Shown here in pieces: positions 30,048 to 40,600 of a stretch of 63,808 nt of DNA; positions within the stretch are counted from its first letter, which is position 1; each line of letters opens with the position of its first letter. Origin of the DNA: an uncultured Clostridia bacterium (lineage in GTDB: Bacteria; Bacillota; Clostridia; TANB77; CAG-508). The DNA lies in contig CALXVH010000006.1 in assembly GCA_944391965.1 (NCBI GenBank), forward strand, positions 1 through 63,808. The letters run 5' to 3'. A model generated the notes under the pieces. It saw only the letters and a program-made list of their open reading frames with translations. It made no database searches and was not told where the DNA came from. Both the position numbers and the translations under genes were made by a program.

Positions 30048-32328
30048 AATTTTCTTTTCCCTTCTCATCTTTCATTGGTAATCCTCTTTTTAATAATCTT
30101 ATCTGTCTCATAAATTCTATCTGCCTATTTATGTTTTCACTTCTTACCCTTTTCTTAGTTCCATCTACAGCATCTTTTAGAAAACTATCACTAGATTTTT
30201 TTCTTCCAACTAATACACCAATATTTTCTTTTTCAGTAGCTTTATCTACTGTAGTATTTAAAATTTCTAAATCGTCACTTATTTTTTTATGTATTTCGTC
30301 AATTTTTTCCTTATTACTTTCTTGTTTTTTTTCTTGTAATAGCATTCTCATATCTCTTATTAAAGCATATTTTTGTTCTTCGTATTCTTCAGCACTTTCA
30401 GATTGTTTTGGTATTAAATGTGGTTCAAATGTTGTATCTATAAGTTCTTCACTTAATTCTATAAAATCGTTCCCTTGTTTATCAACTCCTGGAATTAATT
30501 CTTGAGTTTCTTTATAATCTTCTATAAATTTATCTACATCTATCTTTCTTTCTATTCCACTAATTCTTGCTGTAGTAATTACTTTCTGCTCACTTGATAC
30601 CCCATGTGAATATGAGCAATTTTTAATATCTTTTTTTATTGATTTAAACACCAAAGAGTTTAATGTATCTTCATATATTGAATCTATTCCTATTATTGGC
30701 TTTTCATCGATTTTTCCATTTGTTATTTTTATATCTTTACTATTCGGATTAATTACTATATCTGAAATCTTTTCTCCTTTAACTATAAGACTGCAAGATA
30801 AGTCTTTTTTATTTAATTTTTTATATGTAAACATATTAAAATCTGAGGACTCCTGAAATAATTCATCCAACGATATTCTATCCATTTTTCCCTGTTCTGG
30901 ATCTATTACTATTAAAGCTTGCTTATCTGTACCAAATTCTATAAATGTATTTAGATTATCTAACCCTTCTATATGTACTTTTTTAAATGTTGGTATTTCC
31001 ATTTCGCATTCGTATTGCTGTTCTAATTGTGAAATATTTTCTATGGTTCTTGAAAAGTTTTTTGAATCACCTAATATCGCTAGTGCATTTTTTCTTTGCA
31101 TCTTTTCATCAATTATCTTTATAGTATCTATTATTTCCTCTGTCGAAAAGTCTTTTGTTGCAGCTTGTATATCTGCTATCTTTTTTATTGTTGATACAAA
31201 ATCTTTTCCATCATCATTATATAAAAATGAAACAACTAATTTTCCTGTAGCATTTTCATTTAAGGTTTTATATGGTTCTTCTAGTTCTTGATTTATTTTT
31301 GTTTCTCTTATATCTAAATATTTACCTGTACTTCTATTTGCTATTTTAGAATGTATATCGATTTTTATTTTAGTCATAATTTGATTTTTTTCTTCATCCG
31401 TCTTGTTAAATAATAGGTGGCTATGTTCGACCATTTTTTCTATTAATTTCTCTCTAATAAAAATATTTTGGTCGAATAGCTTTTGAAAATCTTTAGCATA
31501 TGGCACTAATACTTGCAAATACTTACTAATTTTTACTTGTTCATCTATAAATTTATTAAAATCTACTTTACCTTCTTTTATATGTTTAAAGCTTTCAATC
31601 TGCTTTTGATTATACATATAATAAATACTAAGTAATCCTTCTATTCCATTTACTAAATTTTCATTTGCCAACTTAAAATCATCGGGTGTTGGATCTTTTT
31701 TATTATAAATAATATTATGATAACTTTCCAAGTAATTATTCATATGTCTACCTGTTTTCATCATGGCCTGAAATATCGTATTATCTGCTCCTTTAGCCAA
31801 ATGAAAATTAAACTTATCACCTTGTTTTGAAAAGTAATCTTTTAATATAATATTTCCAAACATTGAATATGCCAGAAAAACCATTTCTACATTTTTGGGA
31901 TAACTGTATTGGCTCCTATTATACATTGCTTTTTTACAAAATTCTGTTATTCCTTCACCCCAAAATTGGTTAAATCCTCCAAGTCCATCTACTATAGAAT
32001 GGAATATCTCATGTGCATTTGTATCTTTATTATCTCCTACACCTTTTCTTAATACTATATTTTCTTTTTGACTTAGATCTATGGGGCGCCTATGATAACC
32101 TACAACCCCTCTATTATTTTTTAAATATTCATCTTCTTTTTCTGTTAATGATTTAAATATGATATTTCTAATTCCAACAGTTAACTTTTGCTTATCTACC
32201 CATTTTATAAATCCTGTTCTTCCTAAGTAATTATAAATATCATAATAACATTCATATACAATTTGTCTAATGTCAGCTTGAATATGTTGATTTAATTTTA
32301 AATTTTTTTCTATTTCTGAAAAATTCAT
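30034..32328 (-). CDS. Large hypothetical protein with N-terminal gluzincin-like zinc motif
   Basis: AHEIFHS ... WGEGITEF (HEXXH...E); 764-aa ORF. Confidence 0.7.
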   Translation of the reverse strand: MNFSEIEKNLKLNQHIQADIRQIVYECYYDIYNYLGRTGFIKWVDKQKLTVGIRNIIFKSLTEKEDEYLKNNRGVVGYHRRPIDLSQKENIVLRKGVGDNKDTNAHEIFHSIVDGLGGFNQFWGEGITEFCKKAMYNRSQYSYPKNVEMVFLAYSMFGNIILKDYFSKQGDKFNFHLAKGADNTIFQAMMKTGRHMNNYLESYHNIIYNKKDPTPDDFKLANENLVNGIEGLLSIYYMYNQKQIESFKHIKEGKVDFNKFIDEQVKISKYLQVLVPYAKDFQKLFDQNIFIREKLIEKMVEHSHLLFNKTDEEKNQIMTKIKIDIHSKIANRSTGKYLDIRETKINQELEEPYKTLNENATGKLVVSFLYNDDGKDFVSTIKKIADIQAATKDFSTEEIIDTIKIIDEKMQRKNALAILGDSKNFSRTIENISQLEQQYECEMEIPTFKKVHIEGLDNLNTFIEFGTDKQALIVIDPEQGKMDRISLDELFQESSDFNMFTYKKLNKKDLSCSLIVKGEKISDIVINPNSKDIKITNGKIDEKPIIGIDSIYEDTLNSLVFKSIKKDIKNCSYSHGVSSEQKVITTARISGIERKIDVDKFIEDYKETQELIPGVDKQGNDFIELSEELIDTTFEPHLIPKQSESAEEYEEQKYALIRDMRMLLQEKKQESNKEKIDEIHKKISDDLEILNTTVDKATEKENIGVLVGRKKSSDSFLKDAVDGTKKRVRSENINRQIEFMRQIRLLKRGLPMKDEKGKENYGER

Positions 32329-32367
32329 AAAATATCCCTATCTTTTTATTTTCCTTTTGTATATTGC

Positions 32368-34995
32368 CTATTGTTCATTTATTGCTGCTTGAGCTGCTGC
32401 AAGTTTTGCAATTGGTACTCTATAAGGTGAGCAAGATACATAGTCTAATCCAAGTGAATTACAAAATTCTACAGAAGCTGGATTTCCACCATGCTCACCA
32501 CAAATTCCAATTTTCAAATCTGGTCTTGTCTTTCTTCCTAGCTCTACAGCTATTTTCATTAATTTGCCTACACCTTTTCTATCTATTGTTGCAAATGGAT
32601 CAAAATCATAAATATTTTTAGAATAATATTCATTTAAGAATTTACCTGCATCATCTCTACTAAATCCAAATGTCATTTGTGTTAAGTCATTTGTTCCAAA
32701 TGAGAAAAACTCTGCTTCTTTAGCTATTTCGTCTGCAGTTAAAGCTGCTCTTGGTATTTCTATCATTGTTCCTACATGATATCTCATTTCTATGTTTGCT
32801 TCTTCTAAAATTTTATCTGCTGTTTCTGTAACTATTGATTTTACATATTTCATTTCTTTATATTCCCCAACTAAAGGAATCATTATTTCTGGAATTACAT
32901 TCATTCCTTCTTTATTAACATTTATTGCAGCTTCTATAATCGCTCTTGTTTGCATTTGAGCTATTTCTGGGTATGTTACGTCTAATCTACAACCTCTATG
33001 TCCCATCATTGGATTAAATTCATGTAACTTTTGAATAGTCTCTCTTATTTTTTCTTCTTTTATATTCATTTCTTTTGCTAGATCATATATATCTTTATCT
33101 GTTTTAGGTAAAAATTCATGTAGTGGTGGATCTAATAATCTAATTGTTACTGTATATCCATTCATTGCTTTATATAGTTCTTCAAAGTCAGCTCTTTGCA
33201 TAGGTAATAATTTTGCTAATGCAACTTTTCTTTGTTCTACTGTTTCTGAAAGAATCATTTCTCTTATTGCTTTTACTCTTTCTGGTGCAAAAAACATATG
33301 CTCTGTTCTACATAAACCAATACCTTCTGCTCCAAATTCATATGCTTGTTTTGCATCTCTTGGAGTATCTGCATTTGCTCTAACTTTTAATTTTCTATAT
33401 TGATCTGCCCAGTTCATAAGTTCTGCAAAATTTCCAGAAACAGTTGCAGGTACAGTATCTATTTTTCCATCATATACATTTCCAGTTGAACCATCTAAAG
33501 AAATATAGTCACCTTCCATATATTCTGAACCATCTGGTAATTCAAAATATCCTTCTTCTTCGTTTACAACTATACTAGAACAGCCTGCTACACAGCAAGT
33601 TCCCATTCCTCTTGCAACAACTGCAGCATGTGATGTCATTCCTCCTCTTACAGTTAATATTCCTTTGCAAACATTCATACCATCAATATCATTTGCAGAA
33701 GTTTCTAAACGTACTAAAATTAATTCTTTTTCTCCTGCCTCATGTAGTTGTACTGCTTTTTCTGCACTAAATACAACTTTTCCTGTTGCAGCTCCTGGTG
33801 ATGCTGCTAACCCTTGTGCTATCAATCTTGCATATTTTAATTTTTCTTTATCAAAATTAGGATGCAATAATTGTTCTAATTGCTTTGGTTCTACTCTAAG
33901 TACTGCTTCTCTTTCGTCTATTAACCCTTCCTTTACTAAATCTACAGCTACTTGCAAAGCTGCTTGTGCTGTTCTTTTTCCATTTCTAGTTTGTAAAATA
34001 TATAAACTTCCATGTTCTATGGTAAATTCTAAGTCTTGCATATCTTTATAATGCTTTTCTAATTTTTTCGCACTTCTTACAAACTCATTATATACATCTG
34101 GATTAATTTCTGCTAATTTATCTATTGTCATAGGAGTTCTTATTCCTGCTACAACATCTTCTCCTTGTGCATTCATAAGAAATTCCCCATATATTTTGTT
34201 CTCACCTGTTGCTGGATTTCTAGAAAATGCTACACCTGTACCACAGTCATCTCCCATATTTCCAAATACCATCATTTGAATATTTACTGCTGTTCCCCAA
34301 TCTCCTGGTATATCATTTAATCTTCTATATTTTATTGCTCTTGGGTTGTTCCAAGATTTAAATACAGCTTCTATACATTCTAACAGTAAAGCCTTTACAT
34401 CCTGTGGAAATGCTGCCCCTGTTTGTTCATAATATATTCCTTTAAATACTTTAACTAAATCTTCTAGGTCATTTGCATCCATGTCTATATCTTGAGCAAG
34501 ACCTCTTTGCATTTTTTTAGTATCTATTGCCTTTTCATAAACACTATTAGGAATTCCTTTTACTACATCACTGTACATTTGAATAAATCTTCTATAACTG
34601 TCATATGCAAATCTTCTATTTTTAACTGCTAATGTTTTAACAGTTTCATCATTAATTCCTAAATTTAATATTGTATCCATCATTCCAGGCATAGAAACCC
34701 TAGCACCAGAACGAACAGAAACTAATAATGGTTTTTGAACATCTCCAAACTTTTTGCCAGACATTTCTTCTAGTTTAACTAGAGCTTTTTCTATTTGGCT
34801 TATTATATCTTCTGATATTTTCTCTCCGTCTTCATAATATTTATTACAACATTCTGCAGATATTGTAAAACCTTGTGGAATTGGTAAGCCCAAATTTGTC
34901 ATTTCTGCCAAATTTGCTCCTTTTCCACCAAGAATATCTTTCATTTTTGCATTTCCTTCTTGAAATAAATATACATATTTCTTGTTTTCTTCCAT
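32368..34995 (-). CDS. ppdK: Pyruvate, phosphate dikinase
   Basis: GGKGANLAEM, SVRSGARVSMPGMMDT, TSHAAVVAR, GLCRTEHM; start MEENKK after RBS. Confidence 0.98.
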   Translation of the reverse strand: MEENKKYVYLFQEGNAKMKDILGGKGANLAEMTNLGLPIPQGFTISAECCNKYYEDGEKISEDIISQIEKALVKLEEMSGKKFGDVQKPLLVSVRSGARVSMPGMMDTILNLGINDETVKTLAVKNRRFAYDSYRRFIQMYSDVVKGIPNSVYEKAIDTKKMQRGLAQDIDMDANDLEDLVKVFKGIYYEQTGAAFPQDVKALLLECIEAVFKSWNNPRAIKYRRLNDIPGDWGTAVNIQMMVFGNMGDDCGTGVAFSRNPATGENKIYGEFLMNAQGEDVVAGIRTPMTIDKLAEINPDVYNEFVRSAKKLEKHYKDMQDLEFTIEHGSLYILQTRNGKRTAQAALQVAVDLVKEGLIDEREAVLRVEPKQLEQLLHPNFDKEKLKYARLIAQGLAASPGAATGKVVFSAEKAVQLHEAGEKELILVRLETSANDIDGMNVCKGILTVRGGMTSHAAVVARGMGTCCVAGCSSIVVNEEEGYFELPDGSEYMEGDYISLDGSTGNVYDGKIDTVPATVSGNFAELMNWADQYRKLKVRANADTPRDAKQAYEFGAEGIGLCRTEHMFFAPERVKAIREMILSETVEQRKVALAKLLPMQRADFEELYKAMNGYTVTIRLLDPPLHEFLPKTDKDIYDLAKEMNIKEEKIRETIQKLHEFNPMMGHRGCRLDVTYPEIAQMQTRAIIEAAINVNKEGMNVIPEIMIPLVGEYKEMKYVKSIVTETADKILEEANIEMRYHVGTMIEIPRAALTADEIAKEAEFFSFGTNDLTQMTFGFSRDDAGKFLNEYYSKNIYDFDPFATIDRKGVGKLMKIAVELGRKTRPDLKIGICGEHGGNPASVEFCNSLGLDYVSCSPYRVPIAKLAAAQAAINEQ

Positions 34996-35145
34996 GTATC
35001 TTCTCTCCTTTATCTTTTGAATCATATTTGCTTGTATATCAAGCTTAATTTCGTACAATGCTATTTTTATACCAATATTATATCACTTTATGTCTTTTAG
35101 TAAACCTTTTTTAAAAAATTTAGAGATTTTTGGACAGTCCTTTTC

Positions 35146-35173
35146 GGGATTTGGGGACGGTCCTTTTTTCCCC
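35146..35173. repeat. REP-like imperfect palindrome (copy 1; degenerate partial copy at 35123-35144)
   Basis: gggatttggggacggtcctttttttccc. Confidence 0.7.
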
Positions 35174-35183
35174 TTTTTTGTAT

Positions 35184-35357
35184 TTAATATTTTATCTCTT
35201 TAGGTATTACTATTCTAGAAACATTTACACTTTTAGGTTTAAATAATTCATCTAATTGCTCTTCTAAATAATATGCTTCTTTAAAAAATATTCTGTTAAG
35301 TACTTTTATTATCTTATCAAATTTACTCTCTTTTCTTACTATTAAACTTGTTTCCAT
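35184..35357 (-). CDS. Small hypothetical protein (57 aa), below the ORF-track cutoff
   Basis: METSLIVRKESKFDKIIKVLNRIFFKEAYYLEEQLDELFKPKSVNVSRIVIPKEIKY; RBS agaggtg before the ATG. Confidence 0.6.
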   Translation of the reverse strand: METSLIVRKESKFDKIIKVLNRIFFKEAYYLEEQLDELFKPKSVNVSRIVIPKEIKY

Positions 35358-35508
35358 AAAAACACCTCTTTGGTATCATCTACCGAAATCTTATCATAAG
35401 TTGAGCAAAAGTAAAAGACATTCATCAAACTAATTTCGTTTTAATGAATGTCCTTAATAATTACTTTCTCCTATAAGGCTCTGTATTAACCATAATTAAG
35501 CAATTAAA

Positions 35509-36891
35509 TTAAAATTCTACTTTTTCAGCAATCCAATTTTCTAATTCGTCAATATTTACTCTTACTTGTTCCATTGTATCCCTGTCTCTAATTGTTACAC
35601 AATTATCTTCTAATGTATCAAAATCTATTGTTACACAATAAGGTGTTCCTATTTCGTCTTCTCTTCTATATCTCTTTCCTATACTTCCTGCTTCATCATA
35701 ATCACACATAAATTTCTTTGCTAAATTTGTATATACTTCTGTTGCTTTTTCAGATAATTTTTTAGATAAAGGTAAAACTGCAACTTTATATGGGGCTAAA
35801 GCTGGATGTAAATGTAATACTGTTCTTACATCTCCTTCTGCTATTTCTTCCTCTTCATATGCGTTGCATAAGAAAGCTAATAATACTCTATCTGCTCCTA
35901 GTGATGGTTCTATAACATATGGTACATATTTTTCTCCTGTTTCTGGATCTAAATATGACATATCTTGGTTTGAATGGTTCATATGTTGTGTTAAGTCATA
36001 ATCTGTTCTATCTGCAATTCCCCATAATTCTCCCCATCCAAATGGGAATGCAAATTCTATATCTGTTGTTGCTTTGCTATAGAATACTAATTCTTCTTTT
36101 GAATGATCTCTTAAACGTATATTTTCTTTCTTCATTCCTAGGCTTAATAACCAGTTTTCACAATAATCTTTCCAATATTTATGCCATTCTAAATCTGTTC
36201 CTGGTTTACAGAAGAATTCTAGTTCCATTTGTTCAAATTCTCTTGTTCTAAATATAAAGTTTCCTGGTGTTATCTCATTTCTGAAAGCTTTTCCTATTTG
36301 TGCAATACCCATTGGCATTTTCTTTCTTGATGTTCTTAATACATTTTTAAAATCTACAAATATACCTTGTGCTGTTTCTGGTCTTAGATATATTTCTGCT
36401 GTCTTATCTTCTGTAACACCTTGGAATGTTTTAAACATTAAATTAAATTTACGTATATCTGTAAAATTTGTTTTACCACAATTAGGGCAAGGTATCTTAT
36501 TTTCATTAATAAAGTTTATTAATTGTTCATCACTCATACCATCTGCAATCATATCTTTTCCTTGGTCATGAGCCCATTCTTCTATTAATTTATCTGCTCT
36601 GTGTCTTGTTTTACATTCTTTACAATCAATTAATGGATCTGAGAATCCTCCAACATGACCTGATGCAACCCATGTTTCTGGATTCATTAATATTGCTGCA
36701 TCTAATCCTACAATATTTGGTTGTTCTTGAATAAATTTTTTTCTCCATGCGGCTTTAATATTATTTTTAAGCTCGTTTCCTAAAGGACCATAATCCCATG
36801 TATTTGCAAGTCCTCCATAAATCTCTGAACCTGGATATACATATCCTCTTGATTTGCATAATGCTACGATTTTTTCCATTGAATCTACCAT
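35509..36891 (-). CDS. glyS: Glycine--tRNA ligase (homodimeric type)
   Basis: [41 protein letters not shown]; upstream Gly T-box. Confidence 0.97.
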   Translation of the reverse strand: MVDSMEKIVALCKSRGYVYPGSEIYGGLANTWDYGPLGNELKNNIKAAWRKKFIQEQPNIVGLDAAILMNPETWVASGHVGGFSDPLIDCKECKTRHRADKLIEEWAHDQGKDMIADGMSDEQLINFINENKIPCPNCGKTNFTDIRKFNLMFKTFQGVTEDKTAEIYLRPETAQGIFVDFKNVLRTSRKKMPMGIAQIGKAFRNEITPGNFIFRTREFEQMELEFFCKPGTDLEWHKYWKDYCENWLLSLGMKKENIRLRDHSKEELVFYSKATTDIEFAFPFGWGELWGIADRTDYDLTQHMNHSNQDMSYLDPETGEKYVPYVIEPSLGADRVLLAFLCNAYEEEEIAEGDVRTVLHLHPALAPYKVAVLPLSKKLSEKATEVYTNLAKKFMCDYDEAGSIGKRYRREDEIGTPYCVTIDFDTLEDNCVTIRDRDTMEQVRVNIDELENWIAEKVEF

Positions 36892-36908
36892 AATAAAAAC
36901 CTCCTATC

Positions 36909-36935
36909 GGGATTAAGGGACGGTCTTTTTTTCCC
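36909..36935. repeat. REP-like palindrome (copy 2)
   Basis: gggattaagggacggtctttttttccc. Confidence 0.65.
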
Positions 36936-37006
36936 TATCCTAAAAAAATAAAACTACTTAAGTACGAAAGTAATAAGCAGTTTTTTTATTTTTTATATTT
37001 GTAATA

Positions 37007-37033
37007 GGGATTTTAGGACCGTCCCCCAATCCC
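37007..37033. repeat. REP-like palindrome (copy 3, inverted relative to copy 2)
   Basis: gggattttaggaccgtcccccaatccc. Confidence 0.7.
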
Positions 37034-37038
37034 TATCT

Positions 37039-37228
37039 AAAAAACTTCCGTACCTAGCATATTAGCTAGGGACGAAAGTTATATTCCGCGGTTCCACCCT
37101 AATTGATAAATTTAATTATCCACTTCGTTAAAATTGTGCTCCAAAGCTCCCCATATTTTTTAGCTATTAGTTTACACCAACCACTAACTCTCTTTTAGCT
37201 TTAAAATACTTTTTCTTTTTCATCGCAC
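37039..37228 (-). promoter_or_regulatory. T-box riboswitch (glycine)
   Basis: Minus strand: stem I with AG box and GGTG apical loop, Gly specifier in ggggag, T-box AGGGTGGAACCGCG, terminator followed by a T run; upstream of glyS. Confidence 0.92.
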
Positions 37229-37279
37229 TTATTAAATTTATATACTTATATCATATTATTTACAAAAAATCAAGGATTA

Positions 37280-37585
37280 TTATTTAATAACACAAAAATA
37301 TATTGCCAAAACAATTTCTGTTATTAGAATTGTAGGAAATCCTATTGTAAATTTTAGCTTTTTAGTCTTATGTCTAAAAGTGTACATTCCAGCAATTCCA
37401 CCAATTCCGCCTCCAAGTAAAACTAATGTAAATAAACCTGCTTCACTTATTCTCCATTCACCTTTTTGCGCTCTTCTTTTATCCCACCACATAGCTGCAA
37501 AAGCTAATAAATTTATAACAATTAAGTATATTATAATATTTTTTGGTGTAAATATTGCTTCTAATAATAATTTATAGTCTAACAT
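37280..37585 (-). CDS. DUF1294 family membrane protein
   Basis: DKRRAQKGEWRISE ... GG..G...GM..FRHKTKK. Confidence 0.9.
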   Translation of the reverse strand: MLDYKLLLEAIFTPKNIIIYLIVINLLAFAAMWWDKRRAQKGEWRISEAGLFTLVLLGGGIGGIAGMYTFRHKTKKLKFTIGFPTILITEIVLAIYFCVIK

Positions 37586-37687
37586 TATTCTCTCCTATAG
37601 TTTTATTGATTAAAATTAAAAACTTACAACAATCTATGAATTTATGCTAAATATTTGAACTTTAAGCTCAATCTCTAAAGTTCAAAA

Positions 37688-40600
37688 CTAAGCAAATAAA
37701 CTCATTTGATTACTTTCTGGCATTCCTTTTAAGCAACCTGCTGTTTTTAGTAATTCTATTACTGAGCTTCCTGCTTTTGCCCTCATTCTTATGTCATCTA
37801 TACACATAAATGGCTCTTCTTCCCTTGCTTTAACTATACTTTCTGCAGCAACAGTTCCAAGCCCAGGAATACTATTTAATGGTGGTCTTATTCCATCTTC
37901 TTCAGCAATAAACTTTGTACTATGAGATTTGTACAAATCAATTGGCAAGAAATTAATCCCTCTTTCATACATTTCTAATACTAGTTCTAGTATAGCATAC
38001 ATATTTTTATCTTTTGTCGTTGCATTATTCCCTGCTAGATCTATTTCTTTCATTTTGTTTAAAACTTTTTCTTTTCCGTGACACATTATATCACTATCAA
38101 ACTCATCTGCTCTTATTGTAAAATATGCAGTATAATATGCCTTTGGTTCGTGAACTTTAAACCATGCTATTCTAAATGCATTTGTAACATATGCTGCTGC
38201 ATGGGCTTTAGGGAACATATATTTTATCTTTTCACAAGATTTTATATACCATTCTGGAACATCCTGTTCCTTCATTAATTCTTTATATTGATCCCACTTA
38301 GGTTCTTTTCCTTTTGCTACCTTTCCTTTACGTACAGATTCCATTATTTTAAATGCATCATTTGGTGGCAAACCTTTTTTAATTAGGTATATCATTATAT
38401 CATCACGACAACATATTGCTTCTGATAATGTAACTGTTCCTGCATCTATTAGACTTTGTGCATTTCCAAGCCACACATCTGTACCATGTGACAATCCAGA
38501 TATACGAATTAATTCATCAAATCTTTTTGGTTTTGTATCTACTAACATTCCTCTAACAAATTTTGTACCAAATTCTGGTATTCCATAACTTCCAACTTCT
38601 GAATGTATTTGTTCTGGAGTTACACCTAATGCTTTAGTAGAACTAAAGATTGACATTGTTTCCTTATCATCTAAAGGTACTTTAGTTGGATCCACTCCTG
38701 TAATATCAAATAACATTCTTATCATTGTAGGATCATCATGACCAAGTATATCTAGTTTTAATAAGTTCTGGTCTATTGAGTGATAATCAAAATGTGTTGT
38801 TATAATGTCAGAATTAGGATCATCTGCTGGATGTTGTACCGGTGTAAATTCATATATTTCTCTACCTTTTGGGACAACTATAATTCCACCTGGGTGTTGT
38901 CCTGTTGTTCTTTTTATTCCTGTACAACCTTGTGAGATTCTTGCAACCTCTGCATTTGCAACTGGTATATTTCTTTCTTCATAATATTTTTTTACATAGC
39001 CAAAAGCTGTTTTATCTGCAACTGTACCAACTGTTCCAGCCTTAAATGTTGTACCCTTTCCAAATATAACTTCTGTATATCTATGTGCTTTTGCTTGATA
39101 TTCTCCAGAGAAGTTTAAATCTATATCAGGCTCTTTATCTCCATTAAATCCAAGGAATGTCTCGAATGGTATATCCATGCCATCTTTTACAAGTTTTGTT
39201 CCACATTTTGGACAATCTTTATCTGGTAAGTCAAATCCATTCTCATACCCATAATCTGTAAAATCAGAATACTTACAATTAGGACATCTATAATGTGGTG
39301 GAAGTGAATTAACTTCTGTTATACCTGTCATATTTGCAACAAATGATGAACCAACAGATCCTCTTGACCCAACGATATATCCATCTTCATTTGACTTCCA
39401 AACCAGTTTTTGTGCAATTATATACATAACGGAGAATCCATTTTTTATAATTGATGTTAATTCTTTATCAAGTCTTTCTTCAACTATAGTTGGAAGTGGA
39501 TCACCATATAATTCATGTGCTTTTGAATATGCAATTTCTTTGATAGTTGTTTCACAACCTGGTATATGTGGCGGACATTTTTCTGGTGATATTGGGCTAA
39601 TCCAATCACACATATCTGCCACTTTATTTGTATTTGTTACAACTACTTCATATGCTTTTTCTTCTCCCAAATATTCGAATTCCTTAAGCATTTCTTCTGT
39701 AGTTCTTAAATATAATGGCGCTTGATCATCTGCATCGTCATATCCTTGACCTGCTTGTAACATTCTTCTATAAATTTCATCAGATGGATCCATAAAGTGT
39801 ACATCACAAGTTGCTACAACTAATTTATTTAATTTTTCACCAATCTCTACAATTTTTCTATTTATATTTTTTAAACCTTCTTCATCTGCTACAGTTCCAT
39901 TTCTAATTAAGAAGTCATTATTTCCTAATGGCTGTATCTCTAAATAATCATAATCTTTTGCAATATCTTCTATTTCTTCGTCTGTTTTTCCCATTTCAAT
40001 TGCTTGATACAATTCTCCTGCTTCACAAGCACTTCCTAATATTAAGCCTTCTGAATATTTCTTATATACTGATTTTAAAATTCTTGGTTTTTTATAAAAA
40101 TAGTCTAAATGAGAAATTGATATTAATTTATATAAATTTTTTAGTCCTACATAATTTGTTGCTAATATTATAGCGTGATATGTAGGTAATTTCTTATAGT
40201 CTGCATCTCCTGAAACTTTTTTTGTAATATCATCTAATGTTTCGCAACCTTTATCTTTTAACATTTTAAGCATTACATTTAACACTTTTACAGTTGTATC
40301 AACATCATCTAATGCTCTATGAGCTACTTCTACTTTTATACCTAAATTTTCCGCAATTTTTCCTAGTTTATATTTCTTATAATCTGGGAATAAATCTTTT
40401 GCTAACCTTAATGTATCTAAATATGTATTTTCTAAGCTTAATCCTAACTCGTTTGCATTATATTTTAAAAATCCAATATCAAAATCTGCATTATGTGCGA
40501 CCAAAACTGAGTCTCCAACAAATTCTAATATTTTAGGCATAACTTTATCTATTGTTTCTGCATCTTTTACCATATCATCTGTAATATTGGTAACTTCTAC

